Shown piece after piece: positions 20,892 through 30,668 of a stretch of 64,000 nt of DNA (positions are counted from its first letter, which is position 1; each line of letters begins with the position of its first letter). The DNA is from an uncultured delta proteobacterium (lineage in GTDB: Bacteria; Bdellovibrionota; FAC87; UBA2466), in contig CAVZSV010000004.1 of NCBI GenBank assembly GCA_963778115.1, positions 1,376,001 through 1,440,000 on the forward strand, written 5' to 3'. Below the pieces are notes generated by a model that saw only the letters and a program-made list of their open reading frames with translations, made no database searches and was not told where the DNA came from. Both the position numbers and the translations under genes were made by a program.

Positions 20892-21794
20892 ATGGTAGGT
20901 GTCATGAGTACGACAACGACACCACAACCTTTGAAGAATATTTCTGACACGGCACGCATGGTGGCCTTGTTACGAGCCATGGAAAGTGAAAGGCCGGACG
21001 CCCACTTCCATGATCCTTTGGCGCGTGAATTAGCCGACGATAAGTCGAACGCCTTGCTCAATATGCTACAGACCAGCCGCCGCTTCGACGAGCGGATCAT
21101 GGCGGTAAGAACCCAAGTGCTAGACGATCTCATTTTAGAAGAAGTCGGAAACGGAGTTGATTGCGTCGTTAATTTAGCTAGTGGCCTCGACACTCGCCCT
21201 TTTCGGCTGAATCTTCCGGCAGATCTGCTTTGGGTGGAAGTCGATCTTCCTGACATTCTCACTTACAAAGAAAGTAAGTTAACGAAAGTCTCTCCGAAGT
21301 GCCGGTGGGAAGTGGTTAAGTTAGATCTTCGCGAAAGAGACAAACGACGGGCACTTTTCCGAAGAATCAATGAACAGAGCAAACGCGTTTTAGTCCTTTC
21401 CGAAGGGATTCTCATGTATCTGCAGGCCGAGGAAGTAGCTCGTCTAGCGCAGGATCTGGCGGAGCAATCCCAATTTTCTCTTTGGTTAGCGGATTTGCTC
21501 TCTCCCCGGGAACTCAAAGTTATTCATCGAAAGTGGGGCAAAGAGTTTAAAGCCGCCAATGCGTTCCCCCCTTTCGCCCCGGAAGAGGGAGCTGAGTTTT
21601 TCTCTCCTTATGGGTGGAGTTCGGTACAGGAGAAATCTTTTATCGCCGAAGCATATCGCTTGAACCGTGAGAACGGATTTGCTCGAATGGTCCGCTGGTT
21701 TTCCCCGATACTACCCGGTTCTATTCGCCGGGAACTCACGCGCCGATATGGTTGCGTCCTGTTGAACCGAGCGAAAAGTTCCCTCTCTTGCTAA
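20892..21794 (+). CDS. SAM-dependent methyltransferase (leucine carboxyl methyltransferase-like)
   Basis: ISDTARMVALLRA, DPLAREL, VRT, LASGLDTR, EVDLP, SEGILMYL. Confidence 0.9.
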   Translation: MVGVMSTTTTPQPLKNISDTARMVALLRAMESERPDAHFHDPLARELADDKSNALLNMLQTSRRFDERIMAVRTQVLDDLILEEVGNGVDCVVNLASGLDTRPFRLNLPADLLWVEVDLPDILTYKESKLTKVSPKCRWEVVKLDLRERDKRRALFRRINEQSKRVLVLSEGILMYLQAEEVARLAQDLAEQSQFSLWLADLLSPRELKVIHRKWGKEFKAANAFPPFAPEEGAEFFSPYGWSSVQEKSFIAEAYRLNRENGFARMVRWFSPILPGSIRRELTRRYGCVLLNRAKSSLSC

Positions 21795-22133
21795 TCCCTA
21801 TTTAGAGTCTAGCGCTTTTAGCGCGGCCAGCGCTTCTTCGAATCCCTCCTGGCGTTTTGATCCTCGAATATTCCTTCAGCAGGTCCGTGGACCGGTCCAC
21901 ACACGCGACGTAAACCAGAGTAATCCGGTCTTCTCGCTTTTGGATAAGTGCCAGATGGTAGGTGGAAGAACAATCGAGGCATTGTCAGCCCATTTTAGCA
22001 CCCTCCTTAAGGACGTCTGGGTGTGACCAATTTGCCCAGGAAGGGCTGATCAAAAGAGTCCCTAATTTACATAACGAAAAGATGGTAATGGAACGCCAAG
22101 TCATGATAATAAGCCCCAACTCGGTATCCTAAT

Positions 22134-22553
22134 ATGGAGGCGGAAGTAGTGAAACGATTACAAATGGTTATTCTAGTTGGCTTGTTGACGGGAAACGCCC
22201 TTTGGGCGGCTGTCATGGAGTTTGAATATAAACAGGCGCCCGTTCGCGATATTTCCGAAGCGGATAGCCGAAAGTATTTGGCGTTTTACCAAATCTATTC
22301 CGCATTAAAAGCAAACGGATGCACCCACATCGATATCGAAACCAAGATCGATAAGTATCCTTTCGCGGGAGTGACGAGCAAACATGAAGATCTAGGATGT
22401 TCGTTTAAGGTTCGAGCCGAATGTTCTCAGATAAACGACATCACCGTGGAAAATGCCCCACGTAGCGAAAGGTTTCACACGAAGATAATCTTAAGCCTTC
22501 CAGGACAGAAGGTGGTCACAATCTGTCCCGAGACTTACCAAAAGGGAAAGTAA
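22134..22553 (+). CDS. Hypothetical secreted protein
   Basis: 139 aa ORF with a signal-like segment and 4 Cys. Confidence 0.55.
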   Translation: MEAEVVKRLQMVILVGLLTGNALWAAVMEFEYKQAPVRDISEADSRKYLAFYQIYSALKANGCTHIDIETKIDKYPFAGVTSKHEDLGCSFKVRAECSQINDITVENAPRSERFHTKIILSLPGQKVVTICPETYQKGK

Positions 22554-22559
22554 ATCCCC

Positions 22560-22946
22560 TTATTGAAACGAAAGCGACGTTATCAATGCGGAATTGGAAT
22601 CGTCGACGGTATAACAGATAGGCTTCTGGTTTACATAGGAAGCCGTAAGAAGTGTCACCCAAGCATAAGGGGCGGGAGCGACGTAGACGAGACCGCCTGA
22701 TTTATTTTCAGTCCATGCCGGGTTATAGGTAAAACTGGCTCCTCCCGAAAGCGAGAAAAGAATAGTTCCCGTATCATCGGCATCACTGGATTGATCCACT
22801 TCGAGTGTTTTTACATATCCGCCGTCGCATACGGGGGTAGCGTGAGTTGCTTTTCTTAAAGCAGGGTTCGCCGTGCCGGCAAAAACAATCTGGCAATAAA
22901 GCAGTCCCACTAGGATTTGGCTGATTAGGAAAAAACTGACTTTCAT
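22560..22946 (-). CDS. Hypothetical secreted protein
   Basis: Signal peptide; purine-rich RBS upstream. Confidence 0.6.
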   Translation of the reverse strand: MKVSFFLISQILVGLLYCQIVFAGTANPALRKATHATPVCDGGYVKTLEVDQSSDADDTGTILFSLSGGASFTYNPAWTENKSGGLVYVAPAPYAWVTLLTASYVNQKPICYTVDDSNSALITSLSFQ

Positions 22947-23075
22947 CGTTACCCCCTTTGCTTGGGGTAAAGCAAAAGCTGTTCCAACTCAACCAGGCCG
23001 GAGGGAGAGGTTGGAACGGCGCGCACCAGTAAGACTAGGTAAAAAAGGAGGGGCATTTTGTCCCCAGCCACTCTT

Positions 23076-24407
23076 TCAGGGAATCAAAGGGTTAATCTGG
23101 CTCTCCAGATCTTCTTTTATCGTTGGCGTATACCCATGAAAAATCTTCTGAATGACGCCTTTCGTATCTAACACCATGAAGGTGGGAAAGCTTTGGACTT
23201 GATAGGTTTGGTAAACACTCTGAGCACTCATGCTGGTGTAATTGGAGTTAAGGATGGATTCTACCTGCTGCGCCGCTTTGATATCGTTATCGACGTTCAT
23301 TCCGATAGTCGTGAACGCTTCATGAGCGTATTGATTATTAAGCTCCACCAGACGAGGCATCGCAAGCATGCACCATTCACAGCTCGCAAACCAGAAATCG
23401 AGTACTACCACTTGTCCTTGATAGTCAGAGAGCGAATGTTGAACCCCTGAAAAATCCTTTAGCGTCCAAGCGGGTGCCGCTTTTCCCAATAGAGTAGCGT
23501 CCGCTTTCAACATCGCAATGATTTGATTCGCAAGATCGTCGTGTCCCTCAATCATGGTATCAATGGGGGTCTTGAATTGCGCATCGGTCAGTTTGCCGCT
23601 GGCATCGGTAAGTACCTGCTTCGCTTGAGCCAACACTTGAGCAGCGGTGCTCAGATCGTTCATCGCTACATTTTGCAGATGGCTATATTGATCTATCGCT
23701 GAAAAATAGAGGGAGCTATTGGTGGCAAGATCAGAAAGTGTAGTGGCGTCTAGTTTCGAAACTCCCGTGAGACTTCGATTGACCACATATTCAGTTCCAT
23801 TCCCGCCCGCATTATTTACGCTCGATGGGATAGCACCTTTCGTAAGATCGAGAGTGTACGTCGTTGTCGAAGTATCTCCGGTAACTTTCGAAATAGGGCT
23901 CATATCCGACGACTGAATCACCGTCGAAGTCGCATTTGATTGAGCTGCCTGTAATGTGTAGGTAGTCGTCACTTCTAGTCTAGGATCCGAATCCTGCCAT
24001 TGAGTCTCATCGGCAGCTGGAAGTCTGGGAAATAAAAGTGCTGGGGTGAAAGTAATGTCCGCATTGGGAGATACGGTAAATCTACCATCCGAAAAGACGG
24101 TGGCCGACTCGAGACTGGATTGTGTCCCGGCCAACGTCTGAGTTCCATCAGCGTTCACCGTATAGATGGAGTCTTGCTCCGAAACGACGATGTTCCAGCT
24201 GTCCGCTGTGGGCGCTTCAATGACCCAAACCTTCCAATTCCCTGTTCCCGTTTGGGATAATTTACCCTGAGTCGTCGTTTTCTCGGTACTAGAAAAGTCT
24301 AGCTCCTGCCCTACCTGTAGTTGATATCGGGGCGGCGCAGCGAAAATAGTTGAGCCGAATAAGAAGATGGAGATCGAGAGGCCAAGGAACCGAGAAGAGT
24401 TTTTCAT
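23076..24407 (-). CDS. Secreted protein with a C-terminal TlpA/ResA thioredoxin-like domain
   Basis: APAWTLKD, VVLDFWFASCEWC, cis-Pro motif SFPT. Confidence 0.85.
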   Translation of the reverse strand: MKNSSRFLGLSISIFLFGSTIFAAPPRYQLQVGQELDFSSTEKTTTQGKLSQTGTGNWKVWVIEAPTADSWNIVVSEQDSIYTVNADGTQTLAGTQSSLESATVFSDGRFTVSPNADITFTPALLFPRLPAADETQWQDSDPRLEVTTTYTLQAAQSNATSTVIQSSDMSPISKVTGDTSTTTYTLDLTKGAIPSSVNNAGGNGTEYVVNRSLTGVSKLDATTLSDLATNSSLYFSAIDQYSHLQNVAMNDLSTAAQVLAQAKQVLTDASGKLTDAQFKTPIDTMIEGHDDLANQIIAMLKADATLLGKAAPAWTLKDFSGVQHSLSDYQGQVVVLDFWFASCEWCMLAMPRLVELNNQYAHEAFTTIGMNVDNDIKAAQQVESILNSNYTSMSAQSVYQTYQVQSFPTFMVLDTKGVIQKIFHGYTPTIKEDLESQINPLIP

Positions 24408-24475
24408 GAGCTAATTGTAGCCAAAACAAGCTGTGAGTCTCCAAATTTAAAAGACGCGAAGGGTCACTAGAACAG

Positions 24476-24534
24476 AAAGGTACGGCCTACCTTCTTGTAG
24501 CCCGAACTACGCAAAGATAGGCCGTACCTTTTTT
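24476..24534. repeat. Imperfect palindrome with AAAGGT...ACCTTT ends (subtype TACGGCC)
   Basis: AAAGGTACGGCCTA...TAGGCCGTACCTTT with a further inner stem. Could also act as a terminator. Confidence 0.7.
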
Positions 24535-24536
24535 AG

Positions 24537-25106
24537 CTAATCAGACAATCCTGAACCCGTTGTGGTGATCTTGCGGTCCAGGCGGATGCCGAACATCCAT
24601 GTGGAAAAACCGTTCGCGGCGGGCATGAAAAGATGACTCGCCGTAAAGCTTGCGCGATATCCAGAGATCATAATGAGACCCAGCGCGACTTGAGGCTGGA
24701 TCGTCACACTCTGGCCACTCTGGAGGTAACGGCCGACGTTGCCGAAGCCATACCCTAGCAGACAGTTAAAATCATAGGAGATGGTTCTGAAATAGTTTCC
24801 ATCGAACCCGATGCTCAAGCCAGCGTAGGTAAGGTTGTCCTGACCAATAGTACCCCCGCGATCAGTTCCCGAGTGCGCTTCAAGTCCCAGGTACGCTGGC
24901 GAATTTTGAAAATATCCGACATCACGAAAGCCTAAGAGGACTCCGTACTCTCCTGAATTTCCATTTTGAAGGCGATCCGCTGAAATGCCCCATTTGGATC
25001 GGTCACCAAAAATATCGTCCGCTTGGCTGGTGCTGCTCACCATCGCGAAGACGCTAATGACTAGGACAAACGCCGTAACTAAGATCGAATTTCGACTGCG
25101 GTTCAT
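24537..25106 (-). CDS. Hypothetical exported protein, probable small beta-barrel
   Basis: Signal peptide and Gly/aromatic amphipathic strands. Confidence 0.6.
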   Translation of the reverse strand: MNRSRNSILVTAFVLVISVFAMVSSTSQADDIFGDRSKWGISADRLQNGNSGEYGVLLGFRDVGYFQNSPAYLGLEAHSGTDRGGTIGQDNLTYAGLSIGFDGNYFRTISYDFNCLLGYGFGNVGRYLQSGQSVTIQPQVALGLIMISGYRASFTASHLFMPAANGFSTWMFGIRLDRKITTTGSGLSD

Positions 25107-25354
25107 GATTCCCCCTATCCCCGTAACAGTTTCGTCCTCCTAGAGTTTGCAAAGGGCGTGCTCACCTGTTTTCACGCAGGTTAAGGACTTAGCGGTGTAT
25201 TCCTTGTGGGGACTGGAAAATCAAAAATTCACTGTCCGTTTATTAGACAGTTCTTTACTCAGCCCATTCAATACTTAGCTCGGTTTTTGACGAAGATTCG
25301 CACGATGAATTCTGATTGTTTACATTCGAACCCCCGGTGTGGCAGCCTCGCCCC

Positions 25355-26323
25355 ATGAGAGCTGTCGTTGTGAAAAAGCCGGGTTCCCCAGAGGTCCTAA
25401 CCCTTACGGAACTCCCTTTGCCCGAACCGCCTCAAGGCTGCGTTCGGATTCGGGTGAAGGGGTTTGGACTCAATCGGGCGGAACTTTTTACTCGCCAAGG
25501 CCACTCGCCCGGGGTGGAATTTCCTCGAGTCTTGGGAATCGAATGCGTGGGAGTCATCGATAAAGATCCTTCTCTCACCTATAAGAAGGACCAACAGGTA
25601 GCGGCTATCATGGGAGGAATGGGTAGAAAATTTGACGGATCGTACGCCGAATACACCGTCGTTCCAGTCCATTGTGTGATTCCCTTTCAAAGTAAGCTTG
25701 CTTGGACTGTACTGGCAGCACTTCCGGAGATGTTTCATACCACCCAAGGCGCCTTGGCCGAGAGTTTGGAACTTAAGAAAGGAGATGTGCTTCTTATCAG
25801 AGGGGCAACTTCCTCCATAGGCCTGCTTGCTATCCGACTTGCCAAGAAAATGGGCGCTTACGTGATCTCCACGAGCCGAAATCAGGAACGGTTCGATTTC
25901 TTGCGGCGGCAAGGAGCCGATGAAGTGTTATTGGAGAGCGGGAAGATAGCGGTCGATCTAAGAAAAAGATTCTCCAAAGGCGTTAATAAAATCTTAGAAT
26001 TGATCGGAGCCACTACCCTTTTGGATTCCTTGCAGTGTGCTTCGCCGGGTGGAATCGTTTCCATGGTGGGCATACTCGGAGGTAAGTGGGCATTGGATCA
26101 TTTCGAACCAATGAAAGATATTCCCCATCTGGTGAAACTAACCATCTATACGACGGATTCCATCACCCCTTCGCCCCAAGCCTTTCAGGAGTTCATTAAA
26201 CAGATCGAGGAAAAAACGTTGGAAGCAGGTCCTGCACGGGTTTTTCCTTTGGACGAGATCGTAGCAGCCCATCAACTAATGGAAGCTAACGAAGCCAAAG
26301 GGAAATTAGTGGTTGCCTTGTGA
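25355..26323 (+). CDS. MDR-family quinone oxidoreductase/alcohol dehydrogenase-like protein
   Basis: GFGLNRAE, PRVLGIECVG, DGSYAEY, RGATSSIG, GKLVV. Confidence 0.9.
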   Translation: MRAVVVKKPGSPEVLTLTELPLPEPPQGCVRIRVKGFGLNRAELFTRQGHSPGVEFPRVLGIECVGVIDKDPSLTYKKDQQVAAIMGGMGRKFDGSYAEYTVVPVHCVIPFQSKLAWTVLAALPEMFHTTQGALAESLELKKGDVLLIRGATSSIGLLAIRLAKKMGAYVISTSRNQERFDFLRRQGADEVLLESGKIAVDLRKRFSKGVNKILELIGATTLLDSLQCASPGGIVSMVGILGGKWALDHFEPMKDIPHLVKLTIYTTDSITPSPQAFQEFIKQIEEKTLEAGPARVFPLDEIVAAHQLMEANEAKGKLVVAL

Positions 26324-26331
26324 GGGTGTTT

Positions 26332-26817
26332 CTATTTCCAGCCATGGGTCTCCGATAACATTCGGACCGTTTCTTCCGGGGTCATCGCAACGACTCCGAA
26401 ATTGGCTTTGAGTAAGTCCCTGCGTCCGCCTTCAATGAAGCATTCCGCATGGCCTGTCACAAAAAGTTCGTTTCCGCTCAAATGGTGCCTTACTAAGTGG
26501 GCTACATCGTTCACTTCGGTCATGTTCAGTCTTTGAACATCTCGTCCCGGAAATAGAATCGCAGCCATTCGACCAAAGACGACTTTCCCAGCAGCGACTT
26601 TAGGGCGTGTCTGGTACCATCCTTTGGAACCGGAAGCGGGGCGTCCCGTCTTAGGGGGAACATTCGCCGGAGCCGCGGTAGAAGTTCTTGTCGAAGGCTC
26701 CGCTTCAATCAATTCCACTCGGGCTTCGCTCTTCCAACGTTGTAAATTTAAAATTGCAGCGGACATGGGAGTTTGAGTCAGTAGGTCCCTATCGATAGTG
26801 AGTTTGTAGTTAGTCAT
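26332..26817 (-). CDS. Hypothetical protein, possible divergent PIN-like fold
   Basis: N-terminal LTIDRD, then NDVAHL..H...ELFVT and MTPEE. Confidence 0.5.
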   Translation of the reverse strand: MTNYKLTIDRDLLTQTPMSAAILNLQRWKSEARVELIEAEPSTRTSTAAPANVPPKTGRPASGSKGWYQTRPKVAAGKVVFGRMAAILFPGRDVQRLNMTEVNDVAHLVRHHLSGNELFVTGHAECFIEGGRRDLLKANFGVVAMTPEETVRMLSETHGWK

Positions 26818-26898
26818 TATTCACTCCTTTAGCCTAATCCTTCAGGACGCTTTCCACGTCCGCCGCGTTAAGATTACTGAATTAAAATTGAAACCATA

Positions 26899-27228
26899 TC
26901 AATACCCACGGATTGCCGAGTTACGGCTTCCGTAGGAATTTTCACGGTCAGAAGATCCGCCGAAATTTTGAGATTTCGCCTCACGGGGCTTAGCTTCACT
27001 CACAGTGAGTGCGCGGCCATCCATTTGCGTTCCGTTCAATTCGTCGATGGCGCGAGCGCCCTCTTCATCCGAAGACATTTCGACAAAACCAAAACCTTTA
27101 GAGCGACCGGTGTCGCGATCGGTAATCAATCGTATCGAGTTCACGGTGCCAAAAGCGGAAAAGGAATTAGACAAAGAATCTTCAGTTACCGAGAACGGAA
27201 GATTACCAACATATAGTTTTTTGCTCAT
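26899..27228 (-). CDS. RRM (RNP-1) RNA-binding protein
   Basis: KLYVGNL, DRDTGRSKGFGFVEM, LTVSEAKP. Start set at ATG 27228. Confidence 0.95.
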   Translation of the reverse strand: MSKKLYVGNLPFSVTEDSLSNSFSAFGTVNSIRLITDRDTGRSKGFGFVEMSSDEEGARAIDELNGTQMDGRALTVSEAKPREAKSQNFGGSSDRENSYGSRNSAIRGY

Positions 27229-27565
27229 AAAGAGACTCCTAAGAAATAACCAGAGAACCGAAAGAGGACAAGGCGGTGAGCACTTGCTCAGAGAAATCCA
27301 GGTCGGGCGAGTTACTGAGATGCACCTTAGCATTGGTCCACAAAGAATGCATGACAATTCAGGTCATGTGGTTGGTGGAAAAGGACGAGCCGCTGGAAAC
27401 CAGAGCAAACTCCCCTCTTTACGGAGAAAAGGAATTCAAATCTTTTTTCAAATAGTGGCTCTTTTCCCAAGGATACGCCAAAGGCTTTCACTTTTCTTAA
27501 AGAATACATCGTAGACTGACGGTGCCGACTATCCCCAAATAGCGCCCGCCCCTAAAATAGGTAAT

Positions 27566-27937
27566 ATGGATAGCTTTACGTCAAAAAAGCTCGTTCGCAA
27601 GAGGACCTCGATGACCTTAATCGTTAGCTTTCTTCTGGCTATCTCAGGAACTCCCCTAGCGCATGCGGATGATACGACCGCGGTTCATGTCGCCGCCCAT
27701 TTTGGAACCTCTTACGCCATCAATATGATTAGCTATGGATTTGCGGAAAAGGTGCTTGGCGAGGATCAAACCACTTCTTTTATAGTCTCGGCACTTTTTA
27801 CTCTCGCGGTAGGCCTCTCCTATAAGCTCGTTCAATCCAATTCAGGGAGTGGAACGGAATCCATTCCCAATTCAATGCTCGAAAATTCGCTCGGAGTCGC
27901 AGCGGCCGGACTGACGGTGTTTTCTTTTAACTTCTAA
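27566..27937 (+). CDS. Hypothetical membrane protein
   Basis: Signal-like segment plus hydrophobic helices. Confidence 0.6.
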   Translation: MDSFTSKKLVRKRTSMTLIVSFLLAISGTPLAHADDTTAVHVAAHFGTSYAINMISYGFAEKVLGEDQTTSFIVSALFTLAVGLSYKLVQSNSGSGTESIPNSMLENSLGVAAAGLTVFSFNF

Positions 27938-27952
27938 AACTTCTTATCTGGG

Positions 27953-28684
27953 TTATCCGGCTCGGCGTTCGTAGAGCATCCACCCTTTGGGGATGAGTTC
28001 CTTATCCACGATATCGAAAATAGTCTCACCTACGACACTAATTCGGTTTCTCTGGCCTGGACTGGTCGAGGAGATATTTTGCCAGTGGGTCGTAAGACTT
28101 TTCACGCGGGGGAGCCCCCGACGCTTCAGAAGCGTCACATATTTATCCGGCGTATTAGTAAAGATTCGAAAGACTTTGTAAGACCCAATGAAGACTTCAT
28201 CGAAGGGTTCATGGCAAGCGAACCCACAGTTAACCATTCCATCGTGTACTATCCATTGCTCGAGCCGATAGATCACTTTCCGATATTCCGAAAATGTCGT
28301 TTGGGGAAGATGAAAAACATCGTTGTAGAAAGGATCGGTATCTTTAACTCGTAATTTTTGCTCCTCCTTTTCGTTGGTAGGCATTTCAAGAATCCCGAAC
28401 CCCGGTGATTTTACCAAATTTCCCAAAGCTAAGAAGGTCTGAAAAATATTCTCAGCTGAAATATTAGCATCAATTCTCACAGGTCCTTTTTCCGGAGTCG
28501 TAACCGCGTAAGCTTCAAATATCCCATCTAGCTTCGAAACGATGATGCCCCGAGGGACCTGAAAACGAAGGGTCTTCTGAATCCGTTTCCGCGCTATAAA
28601 ATAACCAACGGCGCAGGAGATTGCCGTAAAACCGACCGAGACCGCCAAAACAAAGAGCAACAGAGAAGATCCTTGAAGATTCAT
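27953..28684 (-). CDS. Hypothetical protein with an N-terminal membrane anchor
   Basis: 243 aa ORF. Confidence 0.65.
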   Translation of the reverse strand: MNLQGSSLLLFVLAVSVGFTAISCAVGYFIARKRIQKTLRFQVPRGIIVSKLDGIFEAYAVTTPEKGPVRIDANISAENIFQTFLALGNLVKSPGFGILEMPTNEKEEQKLRVKDTDPFYNDVFHLPQTTFSEYRKVIYRLEQWIVHDGMVNCGFACHEPFDEVFIGSYKVFRIFTNTPDKYVTLLKRRGLPRVKSLTTHWQNISSTSPGQRNRISVVGETIFDIVDKELIPKGWMLYERRAG

Positions 28685-28813
28685 GGAAAGGAAACCTTGT
28701 TTTTGTTGGATTAATTATAACACTTAGCTCCCGAAGTCCGAATTTCATTAGTCACCAATTTAATGCTTGGCCGAGGGACCGCATTCCACTATCTCTAGGA
28801 GTAAGGAGTTCCT

Positions 28814-29188
28814 ATGCCCATCGTAAGTATTCAATCGCTACCGCCGTCCGATTCAAGTCTAATTCCAAAGATGCTTTCCGAAATTCAAGACACCGGTGCC
28901 GAGGCTCTCCAATGCGCTCGAGAAAATATCTGGGTCACCTTCCAGGAATTGCTTTCAGACTGTTACTTACAAGATAAGACGGCGCAGCGCCCCCAGAAAA
29001 ACAGCCATCCGCCCATCGTTATCGTGAGAGCACAAGTCGGCCGAACCGCGGCACAAAAAGAGACTTTTGTCAGAGGCATTTCCAAGGCCGTAGCAAGGGG
29101 CTTACTCATTGCGGAAGGCAATGTCTGGATACATTACCAAGAGATAAGCCCAAATGACGTGTGGTTTAATGAGCAATGGTCTGGTTAG
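28814..29188 (+). CDS. Tautomerase superfamily protein
   Basis: N-terminal Pro (MPIVSI), two beta-alpha-beta units, GRTAAQK; AAGGAG RBS. Confidence 0.7.
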   Translation: MPIVSIQSLPPSDSSLIPKMLSEIQDTGAEALQCARENIWVTFQELLSDCYLQDKTAQRPQKNSHPPIVIVRAQVGRTAAQKETFVRGISKAVARGLLIAEGNVWIHYQEISPNDVWFNEQWSG

Positions 29189-29243
29189 CAAAGACAAATT
29201 TTAATTCTGACCAACGACCAAAGACGTAGTAAAAGAAGAAATC

Positions 29244-30170
29244 GTGAAACTTAAGTTCTTAGCCTTAAAAGTTGCTTCCTATTTTCTGAGTTGGCTTCCG
29301 AACCGAGTTGTCATTCTCTTGGGATGCCTCATAGGAATTATCTGGTATTACCTCATTCCCATCCGTCGTCACACCGTTCTGGAAAATATGACCCTGGCCT
29401 TTGGTGACAGTAAGAGCGACGAAGAGATTCAAAAGCTTGCTTCCAAATTTTTCAGGCATATGGGCTGCGTCTTAGTGGAGTCGTTGAGATCTATTGTTTG
29501 GACCGCGGAGGATTTTCGAAAAAAGGTTAGTCTCGAAGGGTTCGAACACATCGAACCTTACCTAAAAGAGAATAAGGGGGGATTTCTGGTCTCATTGCAT
29601 TTGGGATGCTGGGAACTGGCTCCCGGATCCGGCGTCTCGCACGGAGTCCCTGTGGACGTCGTTACCAAGTACGCTCGACACGAAGAGTCCGACCCTTTTC
29701 TCCAATGGTTTAGAAATCGATTGGGCGTCAACCTCATTCCTGAAACTCGTTCAACACCTATGATACTGGGGCAGATTGCGAAGGGGCGATGGATTGGATT
29801 CATGATGGATCAATTCATGGGCCCCCCTATCGGAATTCCTATCACCTTTTTTGGCAAGTGCGCGGGAACGACAGCTTCGCTAGCGGTACTCACTGAAAAA
29901 CATGCGATCCCTTCGGTCTTGGCCTACACCTACCGAGATAAGCGGGGGAGAATGCACACCGTAATCGAGCCCATCAAGTTTCCTCCATTCTCCGAAGATC
30001 TCACCAAACGCGTATGGGAGAAGACCCAAGCCATTAACGACCTACTAGAGAAAAAGGTTCGTGAGCATCCCGAGCAGTGGATGTGGCTTCACCGCCGCTG
30101 GAAACCCTTCCAGGGAACGCCGAAATGGAATCTCGCCGAAGGGCCTCTAATGCACCCCATAACTACTTGA
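29244..30170 (+). CDS. Lipid A late acyltransferase (LpxL/HtrB family)
   Basis: HLGCWE, MMDQ, TFFG, PEQWMWLHRRWK. Confidence 0.9.
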   Translation: MKLKFLALKVASYFLSWLPNRVVILLGCLIGIIWYYLIPIRRHTVLENMTLAFGDSKSDEEIQKLASKFFRHMGCVLVESLRSIVWTAEDFRKKVSLEGFEHIEPYLKENKGGFLVSLHLGCWELAPGSGVSHGVPVDVVTKYARHEESDPFLQWFRNRLGVNLIPETRSTPMILGQIAKGRWIGFMMDQFMGPPIGIPITFFGKCAGTTASLAVLTEKHAIPSVLAYTYRDKRGRMHTVIEPIKFPPFSEDLTKRVWEKTQAINDLLEKKVREHPEQWMWLHRRWKPFQGTPKWNLAEGPLMHPITT

Positions 30171-30238
30171 AATAAAAAGATATTATTAGTGAGCCTTTTT
30201 CCTCCTTTCTCTCGCTATATAGCAGGGAGGAGATAACA

Positions 30239-30574
30239 ATGAGCCGTTGGTATGTAAAAGCGACAGTCAGAGATTCGGTCTGTAGAATAAGCCAAATCGT
30301 AGCGCTGGTCGTACAGCATCCCGACCATGGCACTCAAGTAGTTTCCTTAGAAAAGCTCAAACCCTTAGCAGATCGCGGCCAACTTTGGATCTCAATCGCT
30401 TTCGGTGCGTCCTCCCGCAGCGCTCTTGTGGAAATCTACTTCTCCCCTTTGCTGTCTCGATGGGTTGCTTTAACCCAAGCCGATTGCGCACTCAGTGAAA
30501 ATCTAAAAGCACTTCCTATGACCTTCCGTTCCGCGCATCCCTCGGAAAATCGTTTTCTAGAAATAACAAGGTAA
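30239..30574 (+). CDS. Hypothetical protein, possibly DUF3892-like
   Basis: WYVKATVRD...TQAD....ENLKALP resembles the family pattern. Confidence 0.5.
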   Translation: MSRWYVKATVRDSVCRISQIVALVVQHPDHGTQVVSLEKLKPLADRGQLWISIAFGASSRSALVEIYFSPLLSRWVALTQADCALSENLKALPMTFRSAHPSENRFLEITR

Positions 30575-30668
30575 CTCTCGTTTCCCCGCTTCGCGTTATC
30601 AGACGAATGAGTTTCCGTTTGCCGCGATACCACGACTTAGGTAGCGTCGCAGTCATGGGGTGGGTGAA

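Noticed and set aside
24324..24337. 14 bp direct match (ATATCGGGGCGGCG) to the tRNA-Pro 3' end at 60834-60847, a possible att copy
   Set aside because: It lies inside an intact CDS (A-P-P-R-Y codons), excludes the T loop, and would put rapA inside the island. Likely chance, though not excluded.
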